This document shows, piece by piece, positions 23,652 through 34,526 of a stretch of DNA of 64,000 nucleotides. Under the pieces are notes generated by a model that saw only the letters and a program-made list of their open reading frames with translations, was not told the origin of the DNA and made no database searches. The translations under genes were made by a program, and so were the position numbers. The number at the start of each line of letters is the position of its first letter. Position 1 is the stretch's first letter. The stretch comes from an uncultured Spirochaetota bacterium. Lineage in GTDB: Bacteria > Spirochaetota > Brevinematia > Brevinematales > JAOACQ01. The stretch covers positions 1,024,001 to 1,088,000 of the forward strand of contig CAVYGN010000002.1 of assembly GCA_963768055.1 (NCBI GenBank). Reading direction: 5' to 3'.

Positions 23652-25469
23652 ATGGATACTATTAATAATGAAGAAAAGATGACTCCGGCAGTCTGGCTTA
23701 TGGTTATATTGATCATCATCCTGTCTGTTATCCCGTTTATTTCCAATTATAAATACTGCGATAATCATAATAACTGGCTGAACCATGATTATTGTAAATA
23801 TCTCATGTCTTCAACGGAAGAAGGGTCTATTTATATGACCGAAGGCGGGGATAACCAGGTTTTTGGCAGCCTTTACTTTACCTATGCGGAAAAACTCAGG
23901 CCGGACATTACCCCATACGACCAGAAAGGAAATATTTTCAAAAAGATATACGGGGACATGAGATATATTAGCGACCCTGAGACACTGCCAAGAAGGATGA
24001 ATTTAGTCGATTCTCATCTTTTTGAAAGCGAACAGCCTTTTTACGAAGATTTGAGAAATTCCGCGGATCCTTATTTTATACCTTACTGGCAGGGAAAAAG
24101 ACCGGTATATTTATTATGGCAGAGGCCTGACCCCTGGCAGCTCGGGGATTATTATTATAAACGTTTCGGTACTTATATGTATAAGGTGCAGGATATTGCG
24201 TTTTCTCTGGTCGATTATCTTGAGCTGAAAGGATCGGTTTCTATCAAAGAAGCGCAGGACCAATTCTCGGGATGGCTCCACCGGACGGTAGATATTAATT
24301 ACACCATCGATAAAATACATCCCATGGAAAAAGCGGGATATTTGAAGATGGAAGGCAACAGGGTTTATTTTGTGAAAATGTATCCGGCTCCTCATCAAGG
24401 AGATTACTTCAACGATTATCTTTTGCGCTGGCATCAGACCCCTAACGCGAAATACTGGGATTATCTTTCCAGGGAGATAATTGTTACCTATGATTACACG
24501 ATGGGTGAGATATACAGGGATAAGATCAATGAACTCCAGGCTGTTAAATCCAATGAGACTCGCAAGGGAATCCTTACCGAAATAGATAAGGAGATAAATG
24601 AAAACTGGCAGAAAGCCAAAGAATACTTCAATGACGCCCTCACATACGGAGGCGATTTTAATTCAACCCTTCATAATATAGCTGTTGTTTTTATGAGAAA
24701 CGGGATTGAAGATATGAATGGCAGGGCGAGGGAACTGCTTACCAGGGCCCTTACACTTTATCAAAATCAATGGAGCACATATTATATTACATTGACATTC
24801 CTGGTTCTTGATTCTTTTAAAACCCCCGGTCATGAGGAAGAGAATATCAGGGAAGCGGATAAATGGATTGCCCAGCTCAAGGGTGAAGCGCAGCATTACT
24901 CCTCGGATAAGACAAGAGATTCCATCCTTAAAAATTTTGAAGGCCTTGAAAGGTTTTATGACTCCCTGAAAATGACCTCCACAGCACGGCTTGATGCGGC
25001 GGCTTTATCGTTTTCAAACGAGATTAAGAACAATCCTGCACAGGTAGATGCCAACCAGGCTGAAAATGTCATCGACCTTCTGTATTCACGCGGCCTGCCG
25101 TTTCAGTATCAGCCGTATATAATAATGGCTGATGAGCTCTTTAACGAGATGATAACGCTGAAGAGAGGAGATTACCCTTATCTTTACAGGGCGTTTATGG
25201 TGGCTTTCCAGACCCAGAGGCTGGAAAAGGCTTATAGCCTGGGCAGGGATATTGAGGCCCACACTTCATACAGCGGCGACTTTTCATTCAATTATTACAT
25301 GGGTGTGATCAGTTATTATCTGCATAGATACGATGATTCCGTGCGTTACCTGAACAGGTTTAACGACCTAGTAGGCTTGAGCAGGGAAAATATGATGAAG
25401 GCTGGCGAAATGGTTAAAAACGCTACAGAAATATTGAACCAGATCAAAACGGAAGAGAAGATCAGGTAG
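23652..25469 (+). CDS. C-terminal half of a DUF2723/TMEM260-like GT-C protein (one TM helix plus periplasmic and TPR-like domains)
   Basis: Single TM then NY...HDY...SIYMTEGGDNQVFGSLYF...RPDI, resembling the post-membrane motif of DUF2723 proteins. Confidence 0.65.
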   Translation: MDTINNEEKMTPAVWLMVILIIILSVIPFISNYKYCDNHNNWLNHDYCKYLMSSTEEGSIYMTEGGDNQVFGSLYFTYAEKLRPDITPYDQKGNIFKKIYGDMRYISDPETLPRRMNLVDSHLFESEQPFYEDLRNSADPYFIPYWQGKRPVYLLWQRPDPWQLGDYYYKRFGTYMYKVQDIAFSLVDYLELKGSVSIKEAQDQFSGWLHRTVDINYTIDKIHPMEKAGYLKMEGNRVYFVKMYPAPHQGDYFNDYLLRWHQTPNAKYWDYLSREIIVTYDYTMGEIYRDKINELQAVKSNETRKGILTEIDKEINENWQKAKEYFNDALTYGGDFNSTLHNIAVVFMRNGIEDMNGRARELLTRALTLYQNQWSTYYITLTFLVLDSFKTPGHEEENIREADKWIAQLKGEAQHYSSDKTRDSILKNFEGLERFYDSLKMTSTARLDAAALSFSNEIKNNPAQVDANQAENVIDLLYSRGLPFQYQPYIIMADELFNEMITLKRGDYPYLYRAFMVAFQTQRLEKAYSLGRDIEAHTSYSGDFSFNYYMGVISYYLHRYDDSVRYLNRFNDLVGLSRENMMKAGEMVKNATEILNQIKTEEKIR

Positions 25470-25857
25470 ATGCCGGCCATGAGGACTCGACATGGACTTC
25501 GATGCCCCCGCGATTGTTCCATTCAGCGCTAATGCTGATCCGGCGCGGTTTAACAGCCGCGACGAAATCATCGAGTATCTTATTTGTAGCGTTCTCCTGG
25601 AAAATCCCTATATTCCTGTAACCGGTAAGGTATAGTTTAAGCGACTTTTCCTCAACCAGAAGCTTATCCGGCACATAAATAATTGTCAGTTTAGCGTAAT
25701 CCGGGAGCCCGGTTTTGGGGCAGATGGTTGTAAATTCGTCTGTCTTCAATTCTACAGTGTAATCCCTGTCCGAATATATATTTTCAATTACTTCAAGCCC
25801 TGGAGTTATTGCAAGGTCTCTTATACGGCCCTGGCGGTTTCGATAAGAGGAATTCAT
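25462..25857 (-). CDS. queF: preQ0 reductase, short type I
   Basis: EFTTICPKTGLPD, EEKSLKLYL, RGGI. Confidence 0.88.
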   Translation of the reverse strand: MNSSYRNRQGRIRDLAITPGLEVIENIYSDRDYTVELKTDEFTTICPKTGLPDYAKLTIIYVPDKLLVEEKSLKLYLTGYRNIGIFQENATNKILDDFVAAVKPRRISISAEWNNRGGIEVHVESSWPAST

Positions 25858-27251
25858 TATTTCTGTTCTCCTTGTTTATTTATTAATACACTTCTTAAGT
25901 AAACTTTCAATTCATCGACAATATTTTTAGGTTTGTATCTGCTATTTTCTAAACTATAATCCACATTAATTGATTTATCCAGGAAAATACTATCAGGATT
26001 ATCGGAAGTAAAAGTTATATGGCTTTCCCTGATTTCAATTGGCGGGACTATTATTTTTTTAAGCCCTTTTTCTTTCGCCTCCATAATTATTTTTTGTCTG
26101 TCAGACATCTGTTTTGCTAAAAAATAATTACTGAATAATCCCAGAGTGCAATCCACCGCCAGGATGCTCATAAGGGAGACGGTAATGATTTCATTTATTT
26201 TTTCTTTATTAAAGGCTTTGAGATTCTTAACATTTATATTCAATAAACTCATAAAGGAGAGTGTGATGAAAATTATAAAAAAATACATAGGTCTCTGGCC
26301 GCCGAAAGGGAAAAGAATTACTAGAAGGATACTGACAAATGCTGTTATCAGCCAGAGTATAGAATCATTCATCCTGTCTCTGGTAATTTTGCCGTTTAAT
26401 ATGAACGAAGTCAATACAATAACTACAAGCCATATCCAAAATGACTCCGCACCATATCCTATTACGTAAATAATAAAATCTCCGATTTGTTTGGCAAGCT
26501 TTCCGAATAAATTTTCATTAATCGAGAAAGCGCCCATTCTTTTATAATTTCCAGGAGCTAAGAACGATATTAATCCCCCGATAATAAAGGAAGCAAACCC
26601 GAAATATAAATAATACGGCACCTTTTTCTCAATATTTTTAAACCATAAAATATAAGCAACCCAGACTCCCATTAAGAAGCCGATACTGATGACTACCTGT
26701 TCGTGCGACAGCCCGGCTATTATTCCCGCAAATATTATGAGAATACTGTATAATATTTTATCGGGAAAAACCGATTTTCCGGATTTATACCACAAAACAA
26801 AAGGGGTTATAAATATCAAACCGAAAAGCATAGGCCAGAGATAGGAACCCGAGCCGGATCTCCAAAAAACACATTCTCCTAAAGCAGGCATTCCGAACCA
26901 GACTGCTGAAAAAGCCATTAAAAAAATCATTCTGTCGTAAGAAAATATATCGGGAAATCTTCCAAGCGCACAGATTATAATTATAAAAATTGAGGCTAAA
27001 AAAGCGGCTCCGTTTAAAGCGCCTGATAGATAATGGAAAAAATCATTATATGTGCTGAATTTCATTATAAATAAATTTAAAACCCTTCCGCTCCAGTTCA
27101 TATATGTATTGGATAATATCTGAAAAAAATGCTGCTCGTGAAACTGATCATAATAGCCGTAATCATCCGCCATCCTCGGCTGTAATGCTCCGATTGAAAG
27201 AACAATAATAAAAATGATTATCAGAAAAATATTATTAAAACTATTTTTCAT
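25857..27251 (-). CDS. DUF6056-like multi-TM putative GT-C glycosyltransferase
   Basis: ADDY, WSGR, FWRSGSGSYLW, SHEQ and APGNYKR motifs. Confidence 0.7.
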   Translation of the reverse strand: MKNSFNNIFLIIIFIIVLSIGALQPRMADDYGYYDQFHEQHFFQILSNTYMNWSGRVLNLFIMKFSTYNDFFHYLSGALNGAAFLASIFIIIICALGRFPDIFSYDRMIFLMAFSAVWFGMPALGECVFWRSGSGSYLWPMLFGLIFITPFVLWYKSGKSVFPDKILYSILIIFAGIIAGLSHEQVVISIGFLMGVWVAYILWFKNIEKKVPYYLYFGFASFIIGGLISFLAPGNYKRMGAFSINENLFGKLAKQIGDFIIYVIGYGAESFWIWLVVIVLTSFILNGKITRDRMNDSILWLITAFVSILLVILFPFGGQRPMYFFIIFITLSFMSLLNINVKNLKAFNKEKINEIITVSLMSILAVDCTLGLFSNYFLAKQMSDRQKIIMEAKEKGLKKIIVPPIEIRESHITFTSDNPDSIFLDKSINVDYSLENSRYKPKNIVDELKVYLRSVLINKQGEQK

Positions 27252-28512
27252 TAATAATAGTCCCTTTAATTTCAAGGGTATTATCATAATCCGACTGCAA
27301 CTCCTGATTTTGAGAAAGACCGGCGATAATCCAGAAAAATACCCCTATTGGAACGGCATAGAAAACAGCATCGTATAATGAACTTATAAAAAAGGCGGTT
27401 AAAAAAGTGAAAGCGTTTAGATTGATCGGATTCCAGCCCCTGCTCCTTTTTTTAATAATTGAAATATACAGCAATATTAGAAATCCGAAAAAGCCGATGA
27501 AGCCTAATATCCCCGTTTCGATTAGAATGGCAAGATACGTATTATGGATAAAAGAATTTGCGGTATAAATAAACAGACCGGGGTATTTTTTGTTAAATTC
27601 CACCTGAAAATTCAAAAGCCCGATCCCCAGCAGAATATTGTTTTTTGAATATATTTTCAGGCCCTCTTTATACTGAAATAAACGGGAAGGCACATTGGGC
27701 GAATTCAGAGGATCCTCAAAGGTTGAAATAATTTTATCACCCTTAAAAATCAGAAAAAATACGGCAATGGCGACAAGGAAATATAAAATAATATATTTTC
27801 TTGTCAGGATAAAACTGAGAATTGATACGACAATTACTGACACAACTGCTGCGCGTGTAAAGGTGAGATAAAGGGTGAGAAGCGATATAAGAATAGCCGC
27901 AACAAGGACTGTATTTTCAAACATGTTTAATTTATTGTATTTAATGATAAAAAAAGTTAGTATGAAAGTCAAAACGATAAAAATAAGGTTCCCTCCGCGC
28001 CATGGATGCTGGAAAACCGAGTTGAGGGGATGATTTGTAAAGTCTGTCTGGGGCTCTAGGGTATAATAATGCTGGCCGAAGAGATTTATTTCGATATTTT
28101 GCCTGATTATGAAGTAATGTATAAGGGCAAAACCGCAAGCGACAATCAGGGAAACCGATATGGCGTAAATTATTTTTTTATACTTCTTTTTATCGAGCGG
28201 CATCAGCTTAAAAAATAAATAAACCAGTATATAAAAGCAAAAAACCCCGAAGCCCTGCCAGGCATAGTATGGATTTATAGAAAATATTGTGCTTAAAAGG
28301 AGCGAAAAGATGAAGAAGGCGATAAAATAATCATGAAGTTTAAATGAAATGGATAAATATCCTTTTGTTTTTATATAATATATTATGAAAACGATGAGGG
28401 AACAGGCGAGAAAGAAGAAAAACGGCGCTGCGAATATGCAGAAGAAAAAAGAAATCAGCAGCAGTATATAGTAGATCTTTTCAGACGATAATGGCTTATT
28501 TATCTTTTCCAA
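27241..28512 (-). CDS. O-antigen ligase (Wzy_C) family protein
   Basis: TFTRAA, LLGIGLLNF, HNTYLAILIETGILG. Confidence 0.85.
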   Translation of the reverse strand: MEKINKPLSSEKIYYILLLISFFFCIFAAPFFFFLACSLIVFIIYYIKTKGYLSISFKLHDYFIAFFIFSLLLSTIFSINPYYAWQGFGVFCFYILVYLFFKLMPLDKKKYKKIIYAISVSLIVACGFALIHYFIIRQNIEINLFGQHYYTLEPQTDFTNHPLNSVFQHPWRGGNLIFIVLTFILTFFIIKYNKLNMFENTVLVAAILISLLTLYLTFTRAAVVSVIVVSILSFILTRKYIILYFLVAIAVFFLIFKGDKIISTFEDPLNSPNVPSRLFQYKEGLKIYSKNNILLGIGLLNFQVEFNKKYPGLFIYTANSFIHNTYLAILIETGILGFIGFFGFLILLYISIIKKRSRGWNPINLNAFTFLTAFFISSLYDAVFYAVPIGVFFWIIAGLSQNQELQSDYDNTLEIKGTIINEK

Positions 28513-28609
28513 TTTGCTTTCCTTAATATGTAATTAAGAAGATATTTTAATGATAATATGTAAAAAAGTGAACTATTCAGGGGGTATAAATAATGTTTTT
28601 GAACGGCCC

Positions 28610-29335
28610 CTAATGTAACTGCAGCTTTATCTTCATCGGCGCCTGGGGCAGATCGAAAGGATCCCCCGGGGCATTTCCTTCTTCGACAACAGTTCCCTGG
28701 TTTTTTTTAAGTTCAACTTTCTTTCCACCGGACATCACTTCGGCGCTGCCGCTTACGACCGATATGCGGGTTACACTCCCTTTATTTTCAACACTGAACC
28801 GGTCCCCGCCCCGGATAGTTACTCCGCTTGCCGTATTAACTTCCAGGGGAGTATTTGCGAAAATCCTTCCGGATTTTATAATGACTGACGGCAGGGGGTC
28901 TATACTTCTGCTACCTTCAGAATTCCCCAAAGAAATTTCCGAATTTTCATAAATCCTGATTTTTTTTGATGAAGATAATTGTATATCGACCTGCGACGAT
29001 GAAGATGTCTTTAATTGATCATGCTCATAAACGGTTTGCCCGGGTTCCATACCGATCCAATTTGAATCGGATAAGATAAAAGTTTTAAGTGTATTCGGAA
29101 GAAAAGCTATTGTTCCGAAGATTATTTTACCCTCTGTCTTCAAATTCGTTTTGATTGACGGAATTCCGGCATTTGTCAGCAAATTTGTCTGGACCTGTTT
29201 TAATATATTTTGAGGAACCTCCTGAACATTCACCTGGTGTGAATAATAGATCAGGAAAATATTCAATGAAATCCAGATAAGCGATGCCAGTGATAGTAAA
29301 ACAATCAAAGTGTAGCGGTTAAGGTTTTTTTTCAT
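28610..29335 (-). CDS. FecR-domain protein
   Basis: N-terminal TM; DQLKT, IRIYENSEI, VNTASG, VVSGSAEV. Confidence 0.7.
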   Translation of the reverse strand: MKKNLNRYTLIVLLSLASLIWISLNIFLIYYSHQVNVQEVPQNILKQVQTNLLTNAGIPSIKTNLKTEGKIIFGTIAFLPNTLKTFILSDSNWIGMEPGQTVYEHDQLKTSSSSQVDIQLSSSKKIRIYENSEISLGNSEGSRSIDPLPSVIIKSGRIFANTPLEVNTASGVTIRGGDRFSVENKGSVTRISVVSGSAEVMSGGKKVELKKNQGTVVEEGNAPGDPFDLPQAPMKIKLQLH

Positions 29336-29338
29336 AAT

Positions 29339-30484
29339 TTATTCCCCTAAAGGATAAACCATCCACATTATGACGGACCTGTCTTCAGAAACCTCAATTT
29401 TCCAGGTTTTTTCGGAACTGTTTTCAAATATATCATCGGCTATGACTTTCAGGGTATGAGATCCGTTTTTAATGTATCTTAAAGACATCGGCATATTTTT
29501 ATTCGTAATGCCGTCAATGACCGTGAAAAACTGGAATACTCTGGTATCGTCGGTAATTTTCAAATTTATTATGCTGTCTCCATATGACCTGGTAGCAAAT
29601 CGTATTTCTTTTTTATTAAGATAGAGTTTTATTTCAGGCGGCTCGGTATCGACATAAAAAGTTTTAACGAGCCTGTTTTCATAATTCATAACGTTCACTG
29701 AAAATGAAACGACTTTTAATATATTTGTATCTTTTGTTACGGTATAAAATGAGCTGTCGACCTTTCTTTGATTTACCCCGAAATAGCTGTCGCATGAAGA
29801 CCATCTGTCCCTGCAGATAAAATCGATCCGGCTTCCGGGGTAAAGATATGTTTTATCCCCGAAAATAATAAAACTTTCAGGGTTAATATCCAGGTCCGGT
29901 GGCGAATGTTCGACTAAAAATCTTACAGAGGAAATTTTACTCTCTTTTCCAAGCGGATTGATAAGTTTATAGAAAAGAGTATGATACCCTTCATCCAGAG
30001 GGGTTGTATCGATTCGGATTTGAAAGCCTTTAACCTCTTTGAAATCCAATGGAATATCAAGAGAATAAAATAATGTCGAGTTAAAATTGACCGGACTGTT
30101 GGAAGAAATATCGCAATTCCATTTCAATATATTTGTACCTTCAGGGAACTCATTTTCGGATGAAGCCGGCGGTTTGACTCCGGTAAGTTTTCCTCTTCCG
30201 TTGTTGCCTTCCTCTGCTACTGTGAATTCGACCGGGTCTGAAAAAAGGCCTTCAATGCCATTTAATACCGGAGCGATTTTTAAAAAATAATGGCCGGGCT
30301 GTAAATCTATTATATAATTTGTAGTATTTATCAGATCGTCAGTGACTGGAAAGTAAAATGAAGAATTTGTAGCAATTATTATGCGGTATTGAGGAGCGCT
30401 GTTAGGCCATTTGTATTCGACAATTACGGACTGAAGGAAAGAAGGAATAACCGGAATTAATAAAAGCAAAAAAAGTCTTTTCAT
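29339..30484 (-). CDS. Secreted protein with Ig-like/FN3-like domains
   Basis: Signal peptide; EGYHTLFY, DTEPP, GSHTLKVIADDIFEN. Confidence 0.6.
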   Translation of the reverse strand: MKRLFLLLLIPVIPSFLQSVIVEYKWPNSAPQYRIIIATNSSFYFPVTDDLINTTNYIIDLQPGHYFLKIAPVLNGIEGLFSDPVEFTVAEEGNNGRGKLTGVKPPASSENEFPEGTNILKWNCDISSNSPVNFNSTLFYSLDIPLDFKEVKGFQIRIDTTPLDEGYHTLFYKLINPLGKESKISSVRFLVEHSPPDLDINPESFIIFGDKTYLYPGSRIDFICRDRWSSCDSYFGVNQRKVDSSFYTVTKDTNILKVVSFSVNVMNYENRLVKTFYVDTEPPEIKLYLNKKEIRFATRSYGDSIINLKITDDTRVFQFFTVIDGITNKNMPMSLRYIKNGSHTLKVIADDIFENSSEKTWKIEVSEDRSVIMWMVYPLGE

Positions 30485-30692
30485 ATTGAGAAGGAAACCT
30501 CTCGATTGGTTATATTACTCTATTATAAAGAGATAAATTTGTCAATTTAATTTCTTACTATACATGTCCCCGTTTCACCGAAGGTTGTGAAGCGCCCAAA
30601 ACGAAAATACTAAAATTCAGCTTTAATTTTTGCATAATTTCATTCTTTTTTATACAATAATAGATTGTTTATTCCTTTAACCGGAGATTATA

Positions 30693-32456
30693 ATGGGTAA
30701 TGTTAAGCAGACTGCCGAAAGCAAGATTTTCCTGGATATTTATCCCAATGGTTTCTCGCCTTACAGGATAAAATGGTTCGATTTAGCCTTCGCTTCCATA
30801 ATAACCCTTATTGTACTTATTCTATATATCCTGACTCTCGCACCGAGCGTTATCGCCGGAGACAGCGGAGAGTTGACAACTGAAATTTACCAGATGGGGG
30901 CATGTCATCCGCCTGGATATCCTTTATATGGAATTCTCGGCAAGCTATTTACTTTCCTGCCCGTAGGAGATATCGCCTACAGGGTTAATCTGTACGTAGC
31001 TTTCAGCGGCGCATTCGCTATATTCATGTTCTATCTTGTAATGGTTAAGCTCCTCGGCTTTAACCGTGACATAGGCAAGCCGTCCCTCTCAATTCATCTT
31101 CCGGCGGTAGCAACCTCCCTTATTTTCGCATTTTCCTATGATTTCTGGCAGCAGACATCGGCAAGCGGTAAATTTTATTCGCTTAATGTTTTACTGGTTG
31201 CGGCAATGCTGTTTATAATGATCCTCTGGTATGAGGAAATAATGTATTTCAGGAATGAGAACAATAATCATTTCGCGGAGCGTATGACAATTTTTCTCGC
31301 TTTTATTATGGGATTATCATTAACAGACCACATGCTGCCTATGTGGTTTATAGCTGTTTATGTTGTCAGCCTGCTGCCATTCGTCATATACATTCTGATT
31401 AAGGACGGTTCGCTTAAATTTAAAAAAGAATTCATGGTAAGGATACCCAGCATTTTAATCCTCCTGCTGCTTGTATTAGTGAGTTTGACTCTCCTGATGA
31501 AATATATGGTAGCTATAAAGCCGATTATTTATCCTGCCCATACTCCTATGATACTGATAGGCTGGTTCCTAGTCCCGGCTTATCTTTCGATCTATACGAT
31601 ATTGATCAGGGTCAAAAAAAAATTCGGGTTTAAAGCTGCCGCAGTAATTTTCTTTTTACTGATCTTATCCGGGATCGGCGGCCTCATTTATTTCGGATCG
31701 TATGCCAATGAGGCCCATTTTATCCCGAATACTCAATACCCTTTAAATCTTTTCAGTATAGATTTAGTGAACGAGAACGGCGTTCCCACGCCTATTATAA
31801 TCGATCCGATATTTATTATTTTCCTCGCTTTAATTACTATGATCATTTTTTTCTATGGAATTTACGATGGAGCGTTAAAAAAATCCGATGTTGAATTCGG
31901 CCTTGCAGATAAGTTTATTGAGATCCTCACATACAGCGGCTGGATGTTTATATTTGCTATGACGTTATACCTCTACCTGATGGTCAGGAATATAGCGCTG
32001 GCGCCGCTGCAGGGGCAGGGACCGCAAAGTTGGGGCGATACCGTAACGCTGGACATCCTTTTTAATCATATGTTCAGAAAACAATACTATTCTCATCCGG
32101 ATTATGCAAATCTTGGCGGCCAGATCATGGCGGTTCTTAAAGTGACCCTGGCTCAGTTCAATTGGGCTGGCATAATATTCGCAATACTTGGATTTCTTTA
32201 TTTACTCCTTGTAAGGAACAGTGTATGGGCCCTTTATACTCTTATGGCTTATGTGATTTCATATGCGGGGTTGATCTTATATATTAATTTCCAGATCGAC
32301 CCGGCGACTATGTCGACCCAGAAACAGTATTTTTCGCAACTTCACTTGCTGATTGCTCTTTATATAAGTTTCGGGTTTCAGCTGATACTTGACCTGTCAC
32401 AAGGCAGAATCAAGTTGAAAAACCTTCTCTTTATTAAAAATAACCGCCGCGGCTGA
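30693..32456 (+). CDS. N-terminal (membrane) half of a DUF2723/TMEM260-like GT-C glycosyltransferase
   Basis: APSVIAGDSGEL, HPPGYPLY, YRVNL, GLSLTDH, SWGD; ends shortly after QYFSQLHLLIALYISFG. Confidence 0.85.
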   Translation: MGNVKQTAESKIFLDIYPNGFSPYRIKWFDLAFASIITLIVLILYILTLAPSVIAGDSGELTTEIYQMGACHPPGYPLYGILGKLFTFLPVGDIAYRVNLYVAFSGAFAIFMFYLVMVKLLGFNRDIGKPSLSIHLPAVATSLIFAFSYDFWQQTSASGKFYSLNVLLVAAMLFIMILWYEEIMYFRNENNNHFAERMTIFLAFIMGLSLTDHMLPMWFIAVYVVSLLPFVIYILIKDGSLKFKKEFMVRIPSILILLLLVLVSLTLLMKYMVAIKPIIYPAHTPMILIGWFLVPAYLSIYTILIRVKKKFGFKAAAVIFFLLILSGIGGLIYFGSYANEAHFIPNTQYPLNLFSIDLVNENGVPTPIIIDPIFIIFLALITMIIFFYGIYDGALKKSDVEFGLADKFIEILTYSGWMFIFAMTLYLYLMVRNIALAPLQGQGPQSWGDTVTLDILFNHMFRKQYYSHPDYANLGGQIMAVLKVTLAQFNWAGIIFAILGFLYLLLVRNSVWALYTLMAYVISYAGLILYINFQIDPATMSTQKQYFSQLHLLIALYISFGFQLILDLSQGRIKLKNLLFIKNNRRG

Positions 32457-32524
32457 TTATTTGATTTTTTTACTGCCCATAATTAAATTATATTGTAATC
32501 AGATCAAAATACGAGGTAATCAGA

Positions 32525-33064
32525 ATGCTTAAAAAGTTTTTTTCAGCAGCAGCTTCACTATTTAAGATAGATGGAAAAAAGTGGCAGACGATGAATATTG
32601 ACAAGCTTTTTTTCGAGGCCCAAACCGATAGATATTTTCTAATTCTAAAAGCAGCCGGGAAGAATAAAAGTGATGAGAGCGTGTTTCTGACAATCGGCAA
32701 TGTCTTTGATGAAAATGTATTCGCTAATCTTTTTATGAAGGCGGAGAATACAAAAAGGCTGTTCGATCAGCTGGGTATTCGAATAAAAAAGATAAGGATC
32801 TTGAAAAAAGTCAGTTCTTCGGATTCTGCTGAATGCATAGTAAGTATGGGAATATCGCAAAAGATTTTAAAAATGTCAACCGTTGATGCTATAAGGATGG
32901 CCCTTGAAAACAACAGGAGTGTTGAAGTTCTTCATGGAATGGTCAAAGCCGAAAAATTCGATCTTTCAAGTGCTGCAAATATGTCGTCAAAAATAATCAA
33001 TAATGTATTTTCCTCGAAGTTTATCGAAAGAGATGTTCATAACAATAACGAGGTGATTATGTGA
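32525..33064 (+). CDS. Hypothetical protein, weakly bifunctional-nuclease (DUF151)-like
   Basis: FLILK...FLTIG...STVDAIRMAL pattern. Confidence 0.5.
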   Translation: MLKKFFSAAASLFKIDGKKWQTMNIDKLFFEAQTDRYFLILKAAGKNKSDESVFLTIGNVFDENVFANLFMKAENTKRLFDQLGIRIKKIRILKKVSSSDSAECIVSMGISQKILKMSTVDAIRMALENNRSVEVLHGMVKAEKFDLSSAANMSSKIINNVFSSKFIERDVHNNNEVIM

Positions 33065-34503
33065 AATGGCCGGCCCTTTTGCTTTTTTTTATTGTTCTTC
33101 AGGCAGGTTTTCTTTTTTCATCTGAAATAGAGAAATATATCATTCCCGGTTCTTTTATAATTTTCTTTCCATCCACGGAAAACTTAATTGACTCTTCCAT
33201 GAGCCTTTTAAAGAGGTTTTATTCTCATAATTATGAACAAATGATGCTTCAAATGAGTTCTGATTCTAAAAACTCATATGGGATCGATATCTTCGATTTA
33301 AAAAGTCTTGAAAAAGCAGGAATAGAATTGAAAAATCCTCTCTGCTTTGTCCATATTTCAAATGATACGGGTTATATGCTAGTCCCGGTTAAATCAAAAA
33401 ATGACATAACTGCTTTTATTAAAAGCAATATAAAAACAAAGGTTCCCTTCAGGTTTTTTGGCAATTATATAGCATTATCTAAAGACAAATCGGTTTTTGA
33501 TCTCATTGCCAGGGATAGTATCGATAAAAACACGGGGTTTTTAATTTCTGCTAAGAAGCTCTCTTTTGATTGGAATAAAATATTTATCTGGATGGAAAGC
33601 ACATACTTAAGCAGCGCGTCTTCTTCGATCGGAGTGACTGCCAATCTCAAACTCCCTTACGGTTTTACGGCATTTACAGTAAATATTACAGACCAGAAAG
33701 TTTCGGTTAGATCATATGGGGGAATTATTCCGCTTAATCAAAAGCTCTATTTGCAGAATATTAACAATATATCAATTCAGGAAAAATATGATCTTCTGGA
33801 CTTTATGGAAGGCAATCCCGCTCTTGCCGGACAGGTTTACATAAATATACCTTTATTGTATAAATATTATTCATTTATTGACAGTATCAATATTCTCGGC
33901 ATAAAAGGCTTTGTTAACGAACTTCACGATAAATATAGAGTAAATATTGAAAGGGACCTGATAGATAATACCGACGGCCGTATAAAATTGGTAATAAATA
34001 AATTTGACACGGAAAATAACGAATACGTACTATACGGTTCAATCGGGATCAGGGATGCTAAAACAGCCGGATATTTTATGGATTCGCTGAAAAACGCCAT
34101 CCTTCAATCCGATAATCAGCTTTTCACTTTCGATTTATTTACGAAACCCTTTTACCATTTTAAAACTCAAAATTATTCAATATTTTATGGGGCAATCGGA
34201 AATGATCTGTTTTTTTCAACAGATAAAGACGTATTAACAAATCTTATCAAGAATATTTTTGAGAATAAAACTGTTTCAGCCGATAAATTACCCCCTTTTT
34301 TCAAGGAAGCAAAGGAGAAAAATTCGGCCGGGTTTTATTTCACGCTTGATACTCAGGGTTTATTCAGCCAGATTAAAACTGATATGCAATTTGACAAGGA
34401 TATACTCATAGGTGTTAAAAATATATATATATACGGCACTCCGGACTCCAGTGATAAGGTGTTCGGGTGGAATTGTAATTTTGACTTTAATTTCTACCGG
34501 TAA
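33061..34503 (+). CDS. Hypothetical secreted protein
   Basis: 480-aa ORF with signal peptide, translationally coupled to the upstream gene. Confidence 0.7.
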   Translation: MKWPALLLFFIVLQAGFLFSSEIEKYIIPGSFIIFFPSTENLIDSSMSLLKRFYSHNYEQMMLQMSSDSKNSYGIDIFDLKSLEKAGIELKNPLCFVHISNDTGYMLVPVKSKNDITAFIKSNIKTKVPFRFFGNYIALSKDKSVFDLIARDSIDKNTGFLISAKKLSFDWNKIFIWMESTYLSSASSSIGVTANLKLPYGFTAFTVNITDQKVSVRSYGGIIPLNQKLYLQNINNISIQEKYDLLDFMEGNPALAGQVYINIPLLYKYYSFIDSINILGIKGFVNELHDKYRVNIERDLIDNTDGRIKLVINKFDTENNEYVLYGSIGIRDAKTAGYFMDSLKNAILQSDNQLFTFDLFTKPFYHFKTQNYSIFYGAIGNDLFFSTDKDVLTNLIKNIFENKTVSADKLPPFFKEAKEKNSAGFYFTLDTQGLFSQIKTDMQFDKDILIGVKNIYIYGTPDSSDKVFGWNCNFDFNFYR

Positions 34504-34526
34504 TAAAGTTTAAATCGGGGGAAGAA

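Noticed and set aside
21584..32456. Idea that RtcB trans-splices the two DUF2723 half-mRNAs
   Set aside because: Both halves have their own RBS, start and stop, and no junction-pairing or splice structure was seen; adjacency alone is not evidence
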